DNA of 39,688 nucleotides from a virus: IMG/VR virus record IMGVR_UViG_3300045988_007515, positions 1 to 39,688 of that record; one strand, 5' to 3'. Shown piece by piece: positions 16,594 to 25,434 of this stretch (position 1 is its first letter; each line of letters starts with the position of its first letter). The notes under the pieces were generated by a model. It saw only the letters and a program-made list of their open reading frames with translations, ran no database searches and was not told where the DNA came from. The position numbers and the translations under genes were made by a program.

Positions 16594-16990
16594 TTTTCAG
16601 CTCGCTTTCCAGAATGTCCCGATACTGTCCGGCGTGGTCGGCGGCAGCAGGCTTCAGAAATGGCTTTGCTTTATTGCCGCGCGTGTAATGCCAATTGCCC
16701 TTTGCGTCTTGGTATACCCACGGTGTAGGCCGTCCGCCGCCGCCTTCTGCATAAATGCCGGTGCCTAATTCCACATATGCGGCATATTCGTTATTCGTGC
16801 CGATGATCGCCGCCGGTTCCTGCTCGTCTATCATATGGGTAATGCTATTCCGCAAATTGCCGGTGTCAACGGGGCACAGCTTTTTCGCGTATCCCTCTGC
16901 CACCAGTCCGATCTTTTCCAGCCCCCGCAACAGCGCCGCCTTGATCTCAGCGGAAACCTCTGCGCTGTGATCCTGAATATCAATGTTCAT
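16586..16990 (-). CDS. HK97 gp10-family phage protein
   Basis: CPVDTGNLRNSITH...EYAAYVELGTG matches the gp10-family signature. Confidence 0.65.
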   Translation of the reverse strand: MNIDIQDHSAEVSAEIKAALLRGLEKIGLVAEGYAKKLCPVDTGNLRNSITHMIDEQEPAAIIGTNNEYAAYVELGTGIYAEGGGGRPTPWVYQDAKGNWHYTRGNKAKPFLKPAAADHAGQYRDILESELKNG

Positions 16991-17282
16991 TTTTGAGCAC
17001 CTTTAAGCATCTTTCCCATTCATCGTGCTTCCCCGATGTCGGCTTCTGCTCAATCAAAACAAGGATAAGAATGTTCCATTGCTTTATATGATCTTCATGC
17101 GTGGCCTTGCTTTCAAGGAAAGCTAATGTTTGCTTCATTGGATAAAGTTCCGCCCTTGCAATGAACGATTCCGCAAACGCACGAGCGCAGCCGCGCCTTT
17201 CGCACTCGGCATACACTTTTCCTATGCGATTCTCTTCTTGTGCTTTAAGCTTTTCTCTTATCCCTTGAATATTACTCATCAT
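16980..17282 (-). CDS. hypothetical protein; candidate immunity partner of the MuF-ART toxin
   Basis: 100 aa; 11-nt overlap with the toxin gene's 3' end; AT-rich like the ART domain. Confidence 0.4.
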   Translation of the reverse strand: MMSNIQGIREKLKAQEENRIGKVYAECERRGCARAFAESFIARAELYPMKQTLAFLESKATHEDHIKQWNILILVLIEQKPTSGKHDEWERCLKVLKNEH

Positions 17283-18975
17283 CCATCACCATTTTTATGT
17301 AATAGCGGTACTCTCCCATAATTTCTTCTTCGCGGACTTCCTTGATTGTAAATGTTGCCCCGCGTTTTAACAAAAACTCATATTCTGTGTCTTGGAATTG
17401 CCCAGCCAACTGATTGACATACGCCCCGCGTCCTACGCCAGCCGGGATTTCAATGTCAAATATCGTCGGCTTTGCAGTAGCAACACCATTTCCTTGAACA
17501 ACAGTTGTGCTTGAATATGCGCTTTCGCGGAATTTTTTGCCTACAAGCTCACTCAAGCTCTCTTGCACATCGTTGTCTTCTACAAGCCTGTCAAGAACAT
17601 CATTCATTACACCGCGCTGAACGCGAATATTCTCTTTTAGCTCATATCTACTTATAGCGCTATCCAAACCTTTGATTTGCTGTTCGACAAATGCGCTATT
17701 GATGTTCTCCCAATCACCCGTTTTTCGCAAATATGCGTTTATGTCGTAGTAACCGCCGCCGGTATAGTCCCCAATAGCATAATCTTCGGCCTCTGACAAA
17801 GATTTTTGCCATTGTGCGTGCTTGCTTCTTTTCTTTGCGAGCAGTCCTCTTTCTTCCCCATCGTAATAGAAAAAGTCATTTGCCGCATCGCCCGTGTCAA
17901 ACTGCCTATACTCCGCAGGCTCTGTTTTTTCTTTAATTATAGCAGATTTTCCCGCATTTACAACTTGCGCTGTGTCTTTTTTCCACCCCGCCCACTCCGC
18001 ATAGGTCATGTCAGAAATAACCTCTGTTTGCCCCGTATCGGCGTTTCTGACGCGTCTTTGCGCAGTATAGGTGTCTACGCCCTCCACGGCGGCAATCAGC
18101 GTACAGCGGCAGTTATATATCTCCCACGGTGGTCCTTGTGGGTCGCCGGGAAAACGGCAACCGTTAGAAAACTTCTTGTCCTGCGCCACTTGTTCGCCGT
18201 CAAGCATGGCATGAGAGTGGCGTGTACGCGCGTCCAGCGTAGCCAACCATTCTTTTTTGAGCTTTATCCCCATCTTTTCCGCCGCCGCATAGCTGTCCAT
18301 GCGTCCGGCGTTCTGCGCTCCGGTGACGGCAGTTCTGGCCGTGCGGATGGCGGAATTGCGGTTCATGGTGGTGATCCGTTTTTGCAAATCATCCGCCATG
18401 TGCTTGATGCTCTTCCCCTGCAAGATGGAGCTTGTGACGCTTGCCGTGATTTGCTTCTTGCCATACGCGAGGTCAATGCCGCGTTTCAGCGCTCGCTTTG
18501 GCGGATAATACGGCATTAAATCCGGCTGCTCTACCATAAGCCGCTTGACCGTCTGCTCGTCCCACAGGTCAAAGCCGACGTTCCCTGCCACGCTCTCAAT
18601 GGTGTACGCCGCATAGTTGCGGTTGAGGGAGTAGATACTGGGCGTTGCATCGTTGGTGTAGGACACCGCCACGGCGTTTGCATCGGTCACACGGTGCGCC
18701 ACCTTGTCACGCATGGCCTGATAGCGTTCCCCGCGCCCGATTTGGTTCAACCGCCATTGCTTATAGTCGGCCTCCGTCCACTCCTTACCGTTCTGCACGG
18801 TGCCGATCAGCGCTTTCATTTCTTCATCGCGCTGCTTGAACTGCTCAAAGTATGCGTCGATAGTAGCTTGCAGCTCTTCCCCTGCCTCACGGTACAGCTT
18901 CGCAATGCGCCGTTCCAGCTTTGCAAGCTCCTTGTTGGTCATCTTGTGGCCGAGATCACTGGTCGCCATCGTCAA
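17272..18975 (-). CDS. head morphogenesis protein (MuF / SPP1 gp7 family) fused to a C-terminal ADP-ribosyltransferase toxin domain
   Basis: MuF motif RTRHSHAMLDGE...YNCRCTL. C-terminal ART motifs are YTGGGYYDINAYLR, VQRG (Arg), YSSTT (STS-like) and QDTEYEFLL (ExE). Confidence 0.8.
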   Translation of the reverse strand: MTMATSDLGHKMTNKELAKLERRIAKLYREAGEELQATIDAYFEQFKQRDEEMKALIGTVQNGKEWTEADYKQWRLNQIGRGERYQAMRDKVAHRVTDANAVAVSYTNDATPSIYSLNRNYAAYTIESVAGNVGFDLWDEQTVKRLMVEQPDLMPYYPPKRALKRGIDLAYGKKQITASVTSSILQGKSIKHMADDLQKRITTMNRNSAIRTARTAVTGAQNAGRMDSYAAAEKMGIKLKKEWLATLDARTRHSHAMLDGEQVAQDKKFSNGCRFPGDPQGPPWEIYNCRCTLIAAVEGVDTYTAQRRVRNADTGQTEVISDMTYAEWAGWKKDTAQVVNAGKSAIIKEKTEPAEYRQFDTGDAANDFFYYDGEERGLLAKKRSKHAQWQKSLSEAEDYAIGDYTGGGYYDINAYLRKTGDWENINSAFVEQQIKGLDSAISRYELKENIRVQRGVMNDVLDRLVEDNDVQESLSELVGKKFRESAYSSTTVVQGNGVATAKPTIFDIEIPAGVGRGAYVNQLAGQFQDTEYEFLLKRGATFTIKEVREEEIMGEYRYYIKMVMDDE

Positions 18976-20293
18976 TCACCGGCTCTGTCAAGTCAATTAC
19001 TTCCGCCGCCTTGCGTTTCATCATGGCCTCGTACTGGTCAATATCGCCGTTGATGGTCAGCAACTTCTTTGTGATGTACTCGTCATCGTAATACGCCGCG
19101 CCCAGAAGGATGTTCTGCGTCTCCTCGCTCTTGTTGATAATCTGATTGCGCGTATAGCTCGGCTGATCCTCAATGCCTGCCAAACGCAGAATCTCAACAA
19201 TAAACCGCGTTACCTCGGATTCAAACTTGTCCGTTTTCAAATCCAGAGGCACATAGCTGGCCTTGATTGCGGTCGCCGTCTGGTTCCCTGCGGATACCGC
19301 CGCAGCGTCAAAGCACTGGAAATCCTCGTACAGCTTCTTTTTGAGCATATCAATGGTGCTGCTGGTGCCCTCATAGGGAGCCTCGATGGTCTTGCTTTCC
19401 ACCTTTGCACCATCATCGCCATTCGCGTGGGCGACATGGGTGGTTTTCAGCCGTTCAATAAACTTTGCATCGTCCAGATCATCCATGCCGTTGCAATTAG
19501 AAAGCACCCAATAGATCAGATTGCCCTCGTCCACGTTGTTGACCATGTTAGAGGATGCAAGGTCGAGCGCGTCAATGGTGTTGCGCTTGCCGACGATCTC
19601 GGAGAGACACCGCTTGTTGTTTTTCAGCGGCACGATGGGGAAACTTGGATAATTCCCGCCGTCATAGATTTCGGTTTCGCCGACCTCCGCCTTGCGCTCG
19701 ATCAGCTTATAACTGCGCTTCGGCTGCATGACGGACATATCCTCGCCGCTGGGCTGGAAATACTCGGTAAAGCCGTCGGTCTCATATAGCGTCGCTCTCA
19801 GAGGCTTATCCTGTGCCACCTGCCAGAACCGGATGCCGGCTTTCATTGCACCGTCCTCTTCATCATAGAGGGGGACGAACTCAAGCAGGGAGAACACGCG
19901 CAAATGCGTCAGATCCCAGAAACCGAAGGACACGCCTGCGATTTTCGCTTCACGCGCCGCATCCATGACTTCCTGGTCGAAGTCCGGGCATAGCTTGTTC
20001 GGCGTTTCCTTCTCCGCAAAGGTTACGCCGTTACCCAGAAGATAGGAAACTTCCTGATCCACCGCCAGACCAAAGAAGCGGCTGGCCAGCTTATGGTTTG
20101 CCGTCCACATATCCGTGTGGGAACGGCCCTGCATATCGTAGATGATCTTTTCATAGCGATTAATGGTCGGATTCAGGCCGTTGTAATATTCCTCAGCATC
20201 CGCCGCCGTCTTATATGCGTGGGATTCGCGGTGCTTGTTGATTGCGCTGCGGATAAACTCCATCCGCGCCTTTTCGTCCTCGCCCACCGCCAC
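18956..20293 (-). CDS. portal protein (SPP1 gp6-like)
   Basis: 445 aa between terL and MuF. Confidence 0.75.
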   Translation of the reverse strand: MAVGEDEKARMEFIRSAINKHRESHAYKTAADAEEYYNGLNPTINRYEKIIYDMQGRSHTDMWTANHKLASRFFGLAVDQEVSYLLGNGVTFAEKETPNKLCPDFDQEVMDAAREAKIAGVSFGFWDLTHLRVFSLLEFVPLYDEEDGAMKAGIRFWQVAQDKPLRATLYETDGFTEYFQPSGEDMSVMQPKRSYKLIERKAEVGETEIYDGGNYPSFPIVPLKNNKRCLSEIVGKRNTIDALDLASSNMVNNVDEGNLIYWVLSNCNGMDDLDDAKFIERLKTTHVAHANGDDGAKVESKTIEAPYEGTSSTIDMLKKKLYEDFQCFDAAAVSAGNQTATAIKASYVPLDLKTDKFESEVTRFIVEILRLAGIEDQPSYTRNQIINKSEETQNILLGAAYYDDEYITKKLLTINGDIDQYEAMMKRKAAEVIDLTEPVIDDGDQ

Positions 20294-20328
20294 AAAGTCG
20301 TTATATGTTTTGATAGCCGCTCACCGTC

Positions 20329-21606
20329 CTATCTGTTCCAAATGGGGGTATAATCGCTCTTGCCCTTTTGGCCGGGCGCTTTCCATATCGATTCTGTCGC
20401 ATATCGGCACGCATCAATATGGTGGTTGTTTGCATCAGGATAACCGCTGAGGATCTCTCCCTCGCGGTTCCGCTCGTACTCATAGGAAATAAATTCTTCT
20501 GCCGTTTTAGGGCATTTTACCTTGTCAATTACGATGCTCGACAAGCCTTGCAACCACTGCATAGAGCGGTCAATACTTCCCGGCCCTTTTCTTGCGCTAA
20601 TGCAGCGCAAGCCGAACTTTTGATAGTCTGCGACGCTCTTCGGCTCTGCACCGTCTGCGGTGATGAGGTCATCGCGGGTCAGCCCATAATCAATCAGCAT
20701 ATCAGCCGTTTCTTTGTTCCTCTTTTTGTTTGCGGTCATTTCCGCAAAAATGTATAGTGTTCGTCTCGCGGCGTCGTAATGGCAACGGTTGAACGCCCAC
20801 GGATCGGGGAAATATCCCCAGTCAACGCCGTTATAAATGCGGTCGAAATGCGAAATTTCCTCGTCAGTGATTTCCCGCAACTCCAAATTTTCAAACACAT
20901 TTCCGCCGGTGCCGACCGGAATTCCGAGATATTCGTGCTGATATGCACGCTCGTCCGTTTCTTTCAGGTGTTCCGCTTCTGCAAGAAACTGTTCTCCCAG
21001 CCACTCCGGCGGTGCCTGCAGATACGTAGACTTATGACACAAGCGATCAGCCCGTTCCTCCAAGCTGTCCTTGTTCGCCCAGTTGTCACGCGAGATAGGT
21101 GGGTTATAGCTTTCAAAATTCCAGAACATCGAGCCACCGCGCATGGTGGACTGTAAAATAGTTCGGATTTCCGCACGTCCGGCAAACTGATCTTTTTCTT
21201 CAAAGTGCGTCACGGCGATATAGCCAAACGGGACTTTTATAGACTTGATCTTCATCGGGTCATCAGCGCCGCGAAACATGATCTTCTGTCCTGTCGGCTT
21301 ATAGATCAGCTCCATCGGGGATACTTTCGCTTCCCAATACGCCGCCATGCCCAGCTCGCCGATTGCCCAAATGTACTGGGCATAAACGCTATCGCGGATT
21401 GTATTTGCCACCTTGCGCAACACAAGCGCGTGCGTTCCCGGATTGCCAACCAGCAGAAGCGGAACGATAATTGATACCGTGGACGACTTCAGCGAACCTC
21501 TCCCACCGCTGAAATCGTAGTGCGTGTGCCCATGATGAAACACATCGTGAGCCACATCGTAAAAAGCCGAGCCGATTTTTTCTGACAAGAGAATATCAGA
21601 CATCAA
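20329..21606 (-). CDS. terL: terminase large subunit (PBSX-type)
   Basis: Walker A GGRGSLKSS; HEYLG; nuclease-domain DANNHHIDACRYA. Confidence 0.85.
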   Translation of the reverse strand: MMSDILLSEKIGSAFYDVAHDVFHHGHTHYDFSGGRGSLKSSTVSIIVPLLLVGNPGTHALVLRKVANTIRDSVYAQYIWAIGELGMAAYWEAKVSPMELIYKPTGQKIMFRGADDPMKIKSIKVPFGYIAVTHFEEKDQFAGRAEIRTILQSTMRGGSMFWNFESYNPPISRDNWANKDSLEERADRLCHKSTYLQAPPEWLGEQFLAEAEHLKETDERAYQHEYLGIPVGTGGNVFENLELREITDEEISHFDRIYNGVDWGYFPDPWAFNRCHYDAARRTLYIFAEMTANKKRNKETADMLIDYGLTRDDLITADGAEPKSVADYQKFGLRCISARKGPGSIDRSMQWLQGLSSIVIDKVKCPKTAEEFISYEYERNREGEILSGYPDANNHHIDACRYATESIWKAPGQKGKSDYTPIWNR

Positions 21607-22006
21607 TAACCACCTTGACGGAATCCGTGCTTATTTTTGTCTCATTCACTTCACGCCAACCGAAATTGCAGCCAAGCGAGAATTTCGCGCCGTTCGCACC
21701 GTCTTTGTCGTAGAGCCGAGATTCGGCATATTCCTCGCAGCGGGACTTCGCGCGCGTAACCGTGTCCGCAAACTCTGGCCTTGCTTGATAATCAATCAGC
21801 GCCTGCCGGCCGGTAAACCCCAGCGACAGCGCCAGCCCTGTTACCGTCGGCGGCTTTTCATCTAAAATAATCGGCCTTCCGTATTTATCTGTGGCAACAT
21901 CGCCGTCAATCATAAGCGGCGTTCCTTTGCAGCTCTCAAAGTAAGCGTCAATAGCTTCCTGCATTGCCTTTACGCTTTTCCATTTTCTTGGCGCTCCGCC
22001 AGCCAT
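21596..22006 (-). CDS. terS: terminase small subunit
   Basis: 136 aa; PPTVTGLALSLGFTGRQALIDY HTH and NGAKFSLGCNFGW motif; upstream of terL. Confidence 0.75.
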   Translation of the reverse strand: MAGGAPRKWKSVKAMQEAIDAYFESCKGTPLMIDGDVATDKYGRPIILDEKPPTVTGLALSLGFTGRQALIDYQARPEFADTVTRAKSRCEEYAESRLYDKDGANGAKFSLGCNFGWREVNETKISTDSVKVVIDV

Positions 22007-22019
22007 ACGCTCACTTCCT

Positions 22020-22385
22020 TTCGTTTTGTTACCGGCCCCCGCCCCTTGGCCTTACATAGCAGACTTTACCCACCCCGAAGGGCTACAACGTGCCGCACTC
22101 TCAGGGCAGCGGCTCTCCTCTTTTGGTACGGCATTGCAGCCCTGCCCTGCTTTAGCGCTTCAGGGAAAGTCCCCGTCACTCGCTGTGGTCTTCTCTTGCG
22201 AGGCACCTATGCCGCATATTGGCCGTCTTCCCGCTTAGATTGTCACATCACCGATTGCTGCTTTACATGTGCAGCACCATTACGCTGAGGCGTTTCCCTC
22301 CCACGGTGCAGTTTTCAGCGAGCATTGTCATTTCCATGTGAGCCATGACGACAACGGTCTCACATTGTCCGGGCGCTCCCCGCCA
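22020..22385 (-). ncRNA. candidate large structured RNA / structured leader of the late operon
   Basis: No credible ORF. There is a 12-bp bulged helix 22102-22114/22138-22149, a CCC-UUCG-GGG hairpin 22073-22082, helices 22336-22342/22359-22365 and 22179-22183/22198-22202, and crossing pairings 22274-22278/22305-22309 with 22283-22288/22315-22320. Confidence 0.4.
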
Positions 22386-22457
22386 TGGTGCAGACGGCTG
22401 GGCTTGAACCAGCGCATACCTCCTGGCGTGGTGCTCTACCTTCTGAGCTACGTCTGC
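22386..22457 (-). tRNA. tRNA-like element with a non-canonical (shortened) anticodon arm; possible pseudo-tRNA
   Basis: Acceptor GCAGACG/CGTCTGC, D arm GCTC-AGAAGGTA-GAGC, T arm GCTGG-TTCAAGC-CCAGC, discriminator A and an encoded CCA. Only 18 nt sit where the anticodon arm plus variable loop (~22 nt) belong. Confidence 0.55.
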
Positions 22458-22483
22458 ATACCCCCGGCATCCGCCGGGGTCAG

Positions 22484-22540
22484 GAGGAAAGAAAAGATGG
22501 AAAGAATGAGGATACGGATATAACCCCGCACCCTCATTCT
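22484..22540 (-). terminator. terminator after the early operon
   Basis: Minus strand AGAATGAGG...CCTCATTCT followed by TTCCATCTTTTCTTTCC. Confidence 0.5.
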
Positions 22541-22588
22541 CGCACATCTGTTCGTCATCATTCCTCCAAATGGAGGAATTTGAAATAT

Positions 22589-22819
22589 TTATTTTCTGTA
22601 CAATTGCCGCTCGCCCTCATCCCAGCAAAGCTGGTCAAGGCTGACGTTGTAATACGCAGCAATCAGTTTCAGCTCCGACAGCCCCGGTTCCCGTGTGCCT
22701 CGCTCGTACCGTCTCAATGCGTCCCGGCTCAGCCCCATCAGTTCGGATGCTACATACCGACTGACAACCGGGTGTCTGCTTTCTCGGAGCCGCTGCAGCC
22801 GTTCCGGGAATGTACTCAC
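22589..22819 (-). CDS. XRE-family HTH transcriptional regulator
   Basis: 76 aa; FPERLQRLRESRHPVVSRYVASELMGLSRDALRRYERG matches the HTH_3 pattern. Confidence 0.7.
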   Translation of the reverse strand: MSTFPERLQRLRESRHPVVSRYVASELMGLSRDALRRYERGTREPGLSELKLIAAYYNVSLDQLCWDEGERQLYRK

Positions 22820-22836
22820 ATAACCACCTCACATAG

Positions 22837-23184
22837 TTACCTCCCATAACGGACCTTTTTTAGATCCTTGTATCTGTCCGGGAATGGGATCAGCTTCGCC
22901 TTGTCCCGGATAATCTCCGCCAGCACCCGATCCATGTGCTCCTGTCGGACGTCCGCCTCCGGGTCCTTGCAGTTTAAGGCAGGTCTGTATTCCCGCTGGG
23001 TCTCCATCCACTCATGCGTGACGCACATGATGCGATCATAACCCCAGCCTTCCTTCTGGTGCATGGTCATCTGCAAAGTGTCAACGGCAAACTGCGCTGC
23101 CATCGCAGCGCCGGCCCAAAAGACCGCATCCAACTGCGCGTCCCGCCGTTGCAAATAAGCGGATTGTTTAGCCATCCCCGCCAT
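22837..23184 (-). CDS. hypothetical protein
   Basis: Start MAGMAKQ with GAGGAAGG upstream; 115 aa. Confidence 0.5.
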   Translation of the reverse strand: MAGMAKQSAYLQRRDAQLDAVFWAGAAMAAQFAVDTLQMTMHQKEGWGYDRIMCVTHEWMETQREYRPALNCKDPEADVRQEHMDRVLAEIIRDKAKLIPFPDRYKDLKKVRYGR

Positions 23185-23413
23185 CCTTCCTCTCGCCGTC
23201 GCTGCAAAAACTGTTTGGAAATGTCCGATGCTGCGGCATGAGAGCTGTACCACCGCAAACCCAACCGTCTGATTGCGAAAACGCACAGTTCTCACATTGC
23301 ACCACCGGCACGGCATCCACGGTGGGAGCGAATCGAATTTCTTCTTTTGCTAAAATATCTGCATCGAAAATTCCAAACTGTTCTTCCAATAACTCTGCAT
23401 CAATCAGCCGCAT
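23168..23413 (-). CDS. hypothetical protein with Cys cluster
   Basis: 81 aa; PTVDAVPVVQCENCAF pattern common in Firmicute phage early regions. Confidence 0.5.
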   Translation of the reverse strand: MRLIDAELLEEQFGIFDADILAKEEIRFAPTVDAVPVVQCENCAFSQSDGWVCGGTALMPQHRTFPNSFCSDGERKDGGDG

Positions 23414-23696
23414 CGCTGTTACCTCCGTCCATCTTCGCCACCGCTACAAACTCAAGAACCGTGTCCACAATCGCCCTGTCAATTCGCGCCTGCAAACTGC
23501 ATTTGTTCTCGAACACAATAGGCATTTCAGATAAAGACTTGTTATAATAAGCCGTTTTGCGAACAACCCACTTGCCATCCCAAAAATCAATAGAATAGCC
23601 GCTGGATTTTGATGCCTCCATCTTTGCCGACTTTGCAGTTCCAGTTTTCACAAAGTAGCTTTCTCGTGTCACCCACGGATTCTTGTATATCTTCAT
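23400..23696 (-). CDS. hypothetical protein
   Basis: 98-aa ORF in operon context. Confidence 0.5.
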   Translation of the reverse strand: MKIYKNPWVTRESYFVKTGTAKSAKMEASKSSGYSIDFWDGKWVVRKTAYYNKSLSEMPIVFENKCSLQARIDRAIVDTVLEFVAVAKMDGGNSDAAD

Positions 23697-24019
23697 TCAG
23701 CACCTCCGTCATGCACCGTTGTGTATTTCCAAATCAGCGTGTTTAGCCGTTTCAGCCCCTCCATGGTGATCAGGTCCTGCTCGCACATCTCGTCCCGCAG
23801 ACGTTCCAGTGCTTCGATTGGGGCCACGTCGGCGGCTGGGGCCTCTTCAACGCCCCGCAACACTTTGGCAGCCAGCAAGTATGGGATTTTCTGTGGGGAC
23901 TCCGAGAACACATCTTTGCTGTAAATAGCGCCGTAATAGCGCCTTGTGTTCTCGATTGCCCTCGCACCGGCGTTCATGGCAAGCACGAGTTCTTCCGTGC
24001 GCTCAATGTATTCAGCCAT
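23693..24019 (-). CDS. hypothetical protein
   Basis: 108-aa ORF with 4-nt overlap. Confidence 0.5.
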   Translation of the reverse strand: MAEYIERTEELVLAMNAGARAIENTRRYYGAIYSKDVFSESPQKIPYLLAAKVLRGVEEAPAADVAPIEALERLRDEMCEQDLITMEGLKRLNTLIWKYTTVHDGGAE

Positions 24020-24603
24020 TATTTATTCTCCTCTTTTATTGCTGTGCCAACTTCATTGCCCCAGCAATCCCATCCGATGGCCTCTTGACGTGCGAATAGT
24101 TCAATGCGGGGGAAGTGATGATACATACTATCTATACGATTTCGTATTTCTGCGGGTTTTTCTGAGTGACGTCCAACCCTTTCGCTCAAAAACTGCTTAA
24201 TATTTGTTACAGTACGTTTGGGGATTGTCCCTTTTTTAAATACCAAGCAAAGCTCACATTGGCTCAATGTATAAAATCCATAGTTTGTTCTTTGCTTGTC
24301 CCATACAAAAGCAACTGTTTTATATTCAAAGCCCCATTCCTTGCCTAACTCTATTGCAACATCTAAGTTTGGACTGGTTGCCCACATATATAGCAAGCAA
24401 CTGTCATCAGCGATTTTGTTCACTGGTAATGCTTTTAATTCACTTATAGACATCGCAGGATAATGCTCTGTAACATCGTTTTCGTATTTTTTCCCTTCGC
24501 CATAATGTTGAAAGTTCATTTGCTTTTGTCTATACGCCCAAGGGGGATCGGCATAGATAATACGGTATTTCTTATCAGTGTTATAAATGTTTATAAATGC
24601 CAT
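24019..24603 (-). CDS. MT-A70-family DNA N6-adenine methyltransferase
   Basis: YRIIYADPPWAY (DPPW catalytic motif); 194 aa; AT-rich island. Confidence 0.8.
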   Translation of the reverse strand: MAFINIYNTDKKYRIIYADPPWAYRQKQMNFQHYGEGKKYENDVTEHYPAMSISELKALPVNKIADDSCLLYMWATSPNLDVAIELGKEWGFEYKTVAFVWDKQRTNYGFYTLSQCELCLVFKKGTIPKRTVTNIKQFLSERVGRHSEKPAEIRNRIDSMYHHFPRIELFARQEAIGWDCWGNEVGTAIKEENK

Positions 24604-24605
24604 TG

Positions 24606-24965
24606 TCAGCCCTTCTTTCTTTCCTGCTCCTCAAAGTAAAACTCAATCGGTTTTTCGGCCTCGATGACATTGCCATAAACCACGCCAATCTTGTAGATAT
24701 AGTTCTCGCGCAGCTTTTGCGGAATTTCTGCGATGTAGCGTCTAAAAGTTTCAAGCGAATTTGCACGCTTGTAGTGGTTGCACATCCGGCAGGCTGGCAT
24801 GAGGTTGTCAAGGTCATCTGTTCCAGCGTCCTCAATACCCCACGCCCTCAATGGGAGGAAATGGTCTACCTGCATATCCTTGTAAGCGATTTCGCGTCCA
24901 CAATACGCACAGTGGCCATTATACTTTCGGTAGACCGCTTCACGCTTTGATTTGCTAATTGCCAT
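24606..24965 (-). CDS. HNH endonuclease
   Basis: CAYCGREI...VDHFLP...NLMPACRMCNHYK. Confidence 0.8.
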   Translation of the reverse strand: MAISKSKREAVYRKYNGHCAYCGREIAYKDMQVDHFLPLRAWGIEDAGTDDLDNLMPACRMCNHYKRANSLETFRRYIAEIPQKLRENYIYKIGVVYGNVIEAEKPIEFYFEEQERKKG

Positions 24966-25434
24966 CCTTCATCGCCTCCAATGCTTTCTCCGCCTCCTCG
25001 CTTACCGCAGTAATTCTCCCATGTTTCACCAGATCACAGAACACATTGTAACCCATGTGAAACACAATTCCGCAACTGCTGCAATAGCGAATTGCAATCT
25101 CTACATCCTTCATAAGTCGCGGACTGTCGATGTTTTCCTTGCATAGCAAAGTGCGCCCACTGGTAAATGGCAGCACCACCAGCCGCCCTTCCTTGTCGGC
25201 TTTGACCAACTGGCGGAATCTGTCCAGCGCCTCACTGGCTTTTTGGTTTTCAATTAAATCCTGAAGAAACACCACATAAGATTGAAACGCTTCTGGCGTC
25301 ATGCCCGTGTCCTCATAGGCGGCACATTGATTCGCACAGTCAATGAGAGGGATGTACTCGTTCTCATAGTCAATTCGCGCTGTGTGCAATTCATTGATAA
25401 TTTCGATTGCTCTATCGCTGTATCGCTCCATCAT
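24955..25434 (-). CDS. hypothetical protein
   Basis: Start MMERYSD with AAAGGAGGTGG upstream; 159 aa. Confidence 0.5.
   Translation of the reverse strand: MMERYSDRAIEIINELHTARIDYENEYIPLIDCANQCAAYEDTGMTPEAFQSYVVFLQDLIENQKASEALDRFRQLVKADKEGRLVVLPFTSGRTLLCKENIDSPRLMKDVEIAIRYCSSCGIVFHMGYNVFCDLVKHGRITAVSEEAEKALEAMKDGN

Noticed and set aside
18800-19789. 329-aa plus-strand ORF
   Set aside because: It lies antisense to the portal and MuF genes. It is a shadow frame.
22020-22460. tmRNA or RNase P RNA identity for the structured region
   Set aside because: No tag-ORF ends in an ALAA-like sequence before a stop. The tRNA-like part has a D arm and contiguous acceptor strands, unlike tmRNA. The GGAAAGTCC-like string occurs only on the plus strand, without the rest of the RNase P core.
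22026-22547. Several 70-154-aa ORFs on both strands in the terS-upstream gap
   Set aside because: They overlap mutually, lack SDs and cross the tRNA-like element and long helices. The region is better explained as structured RNA.
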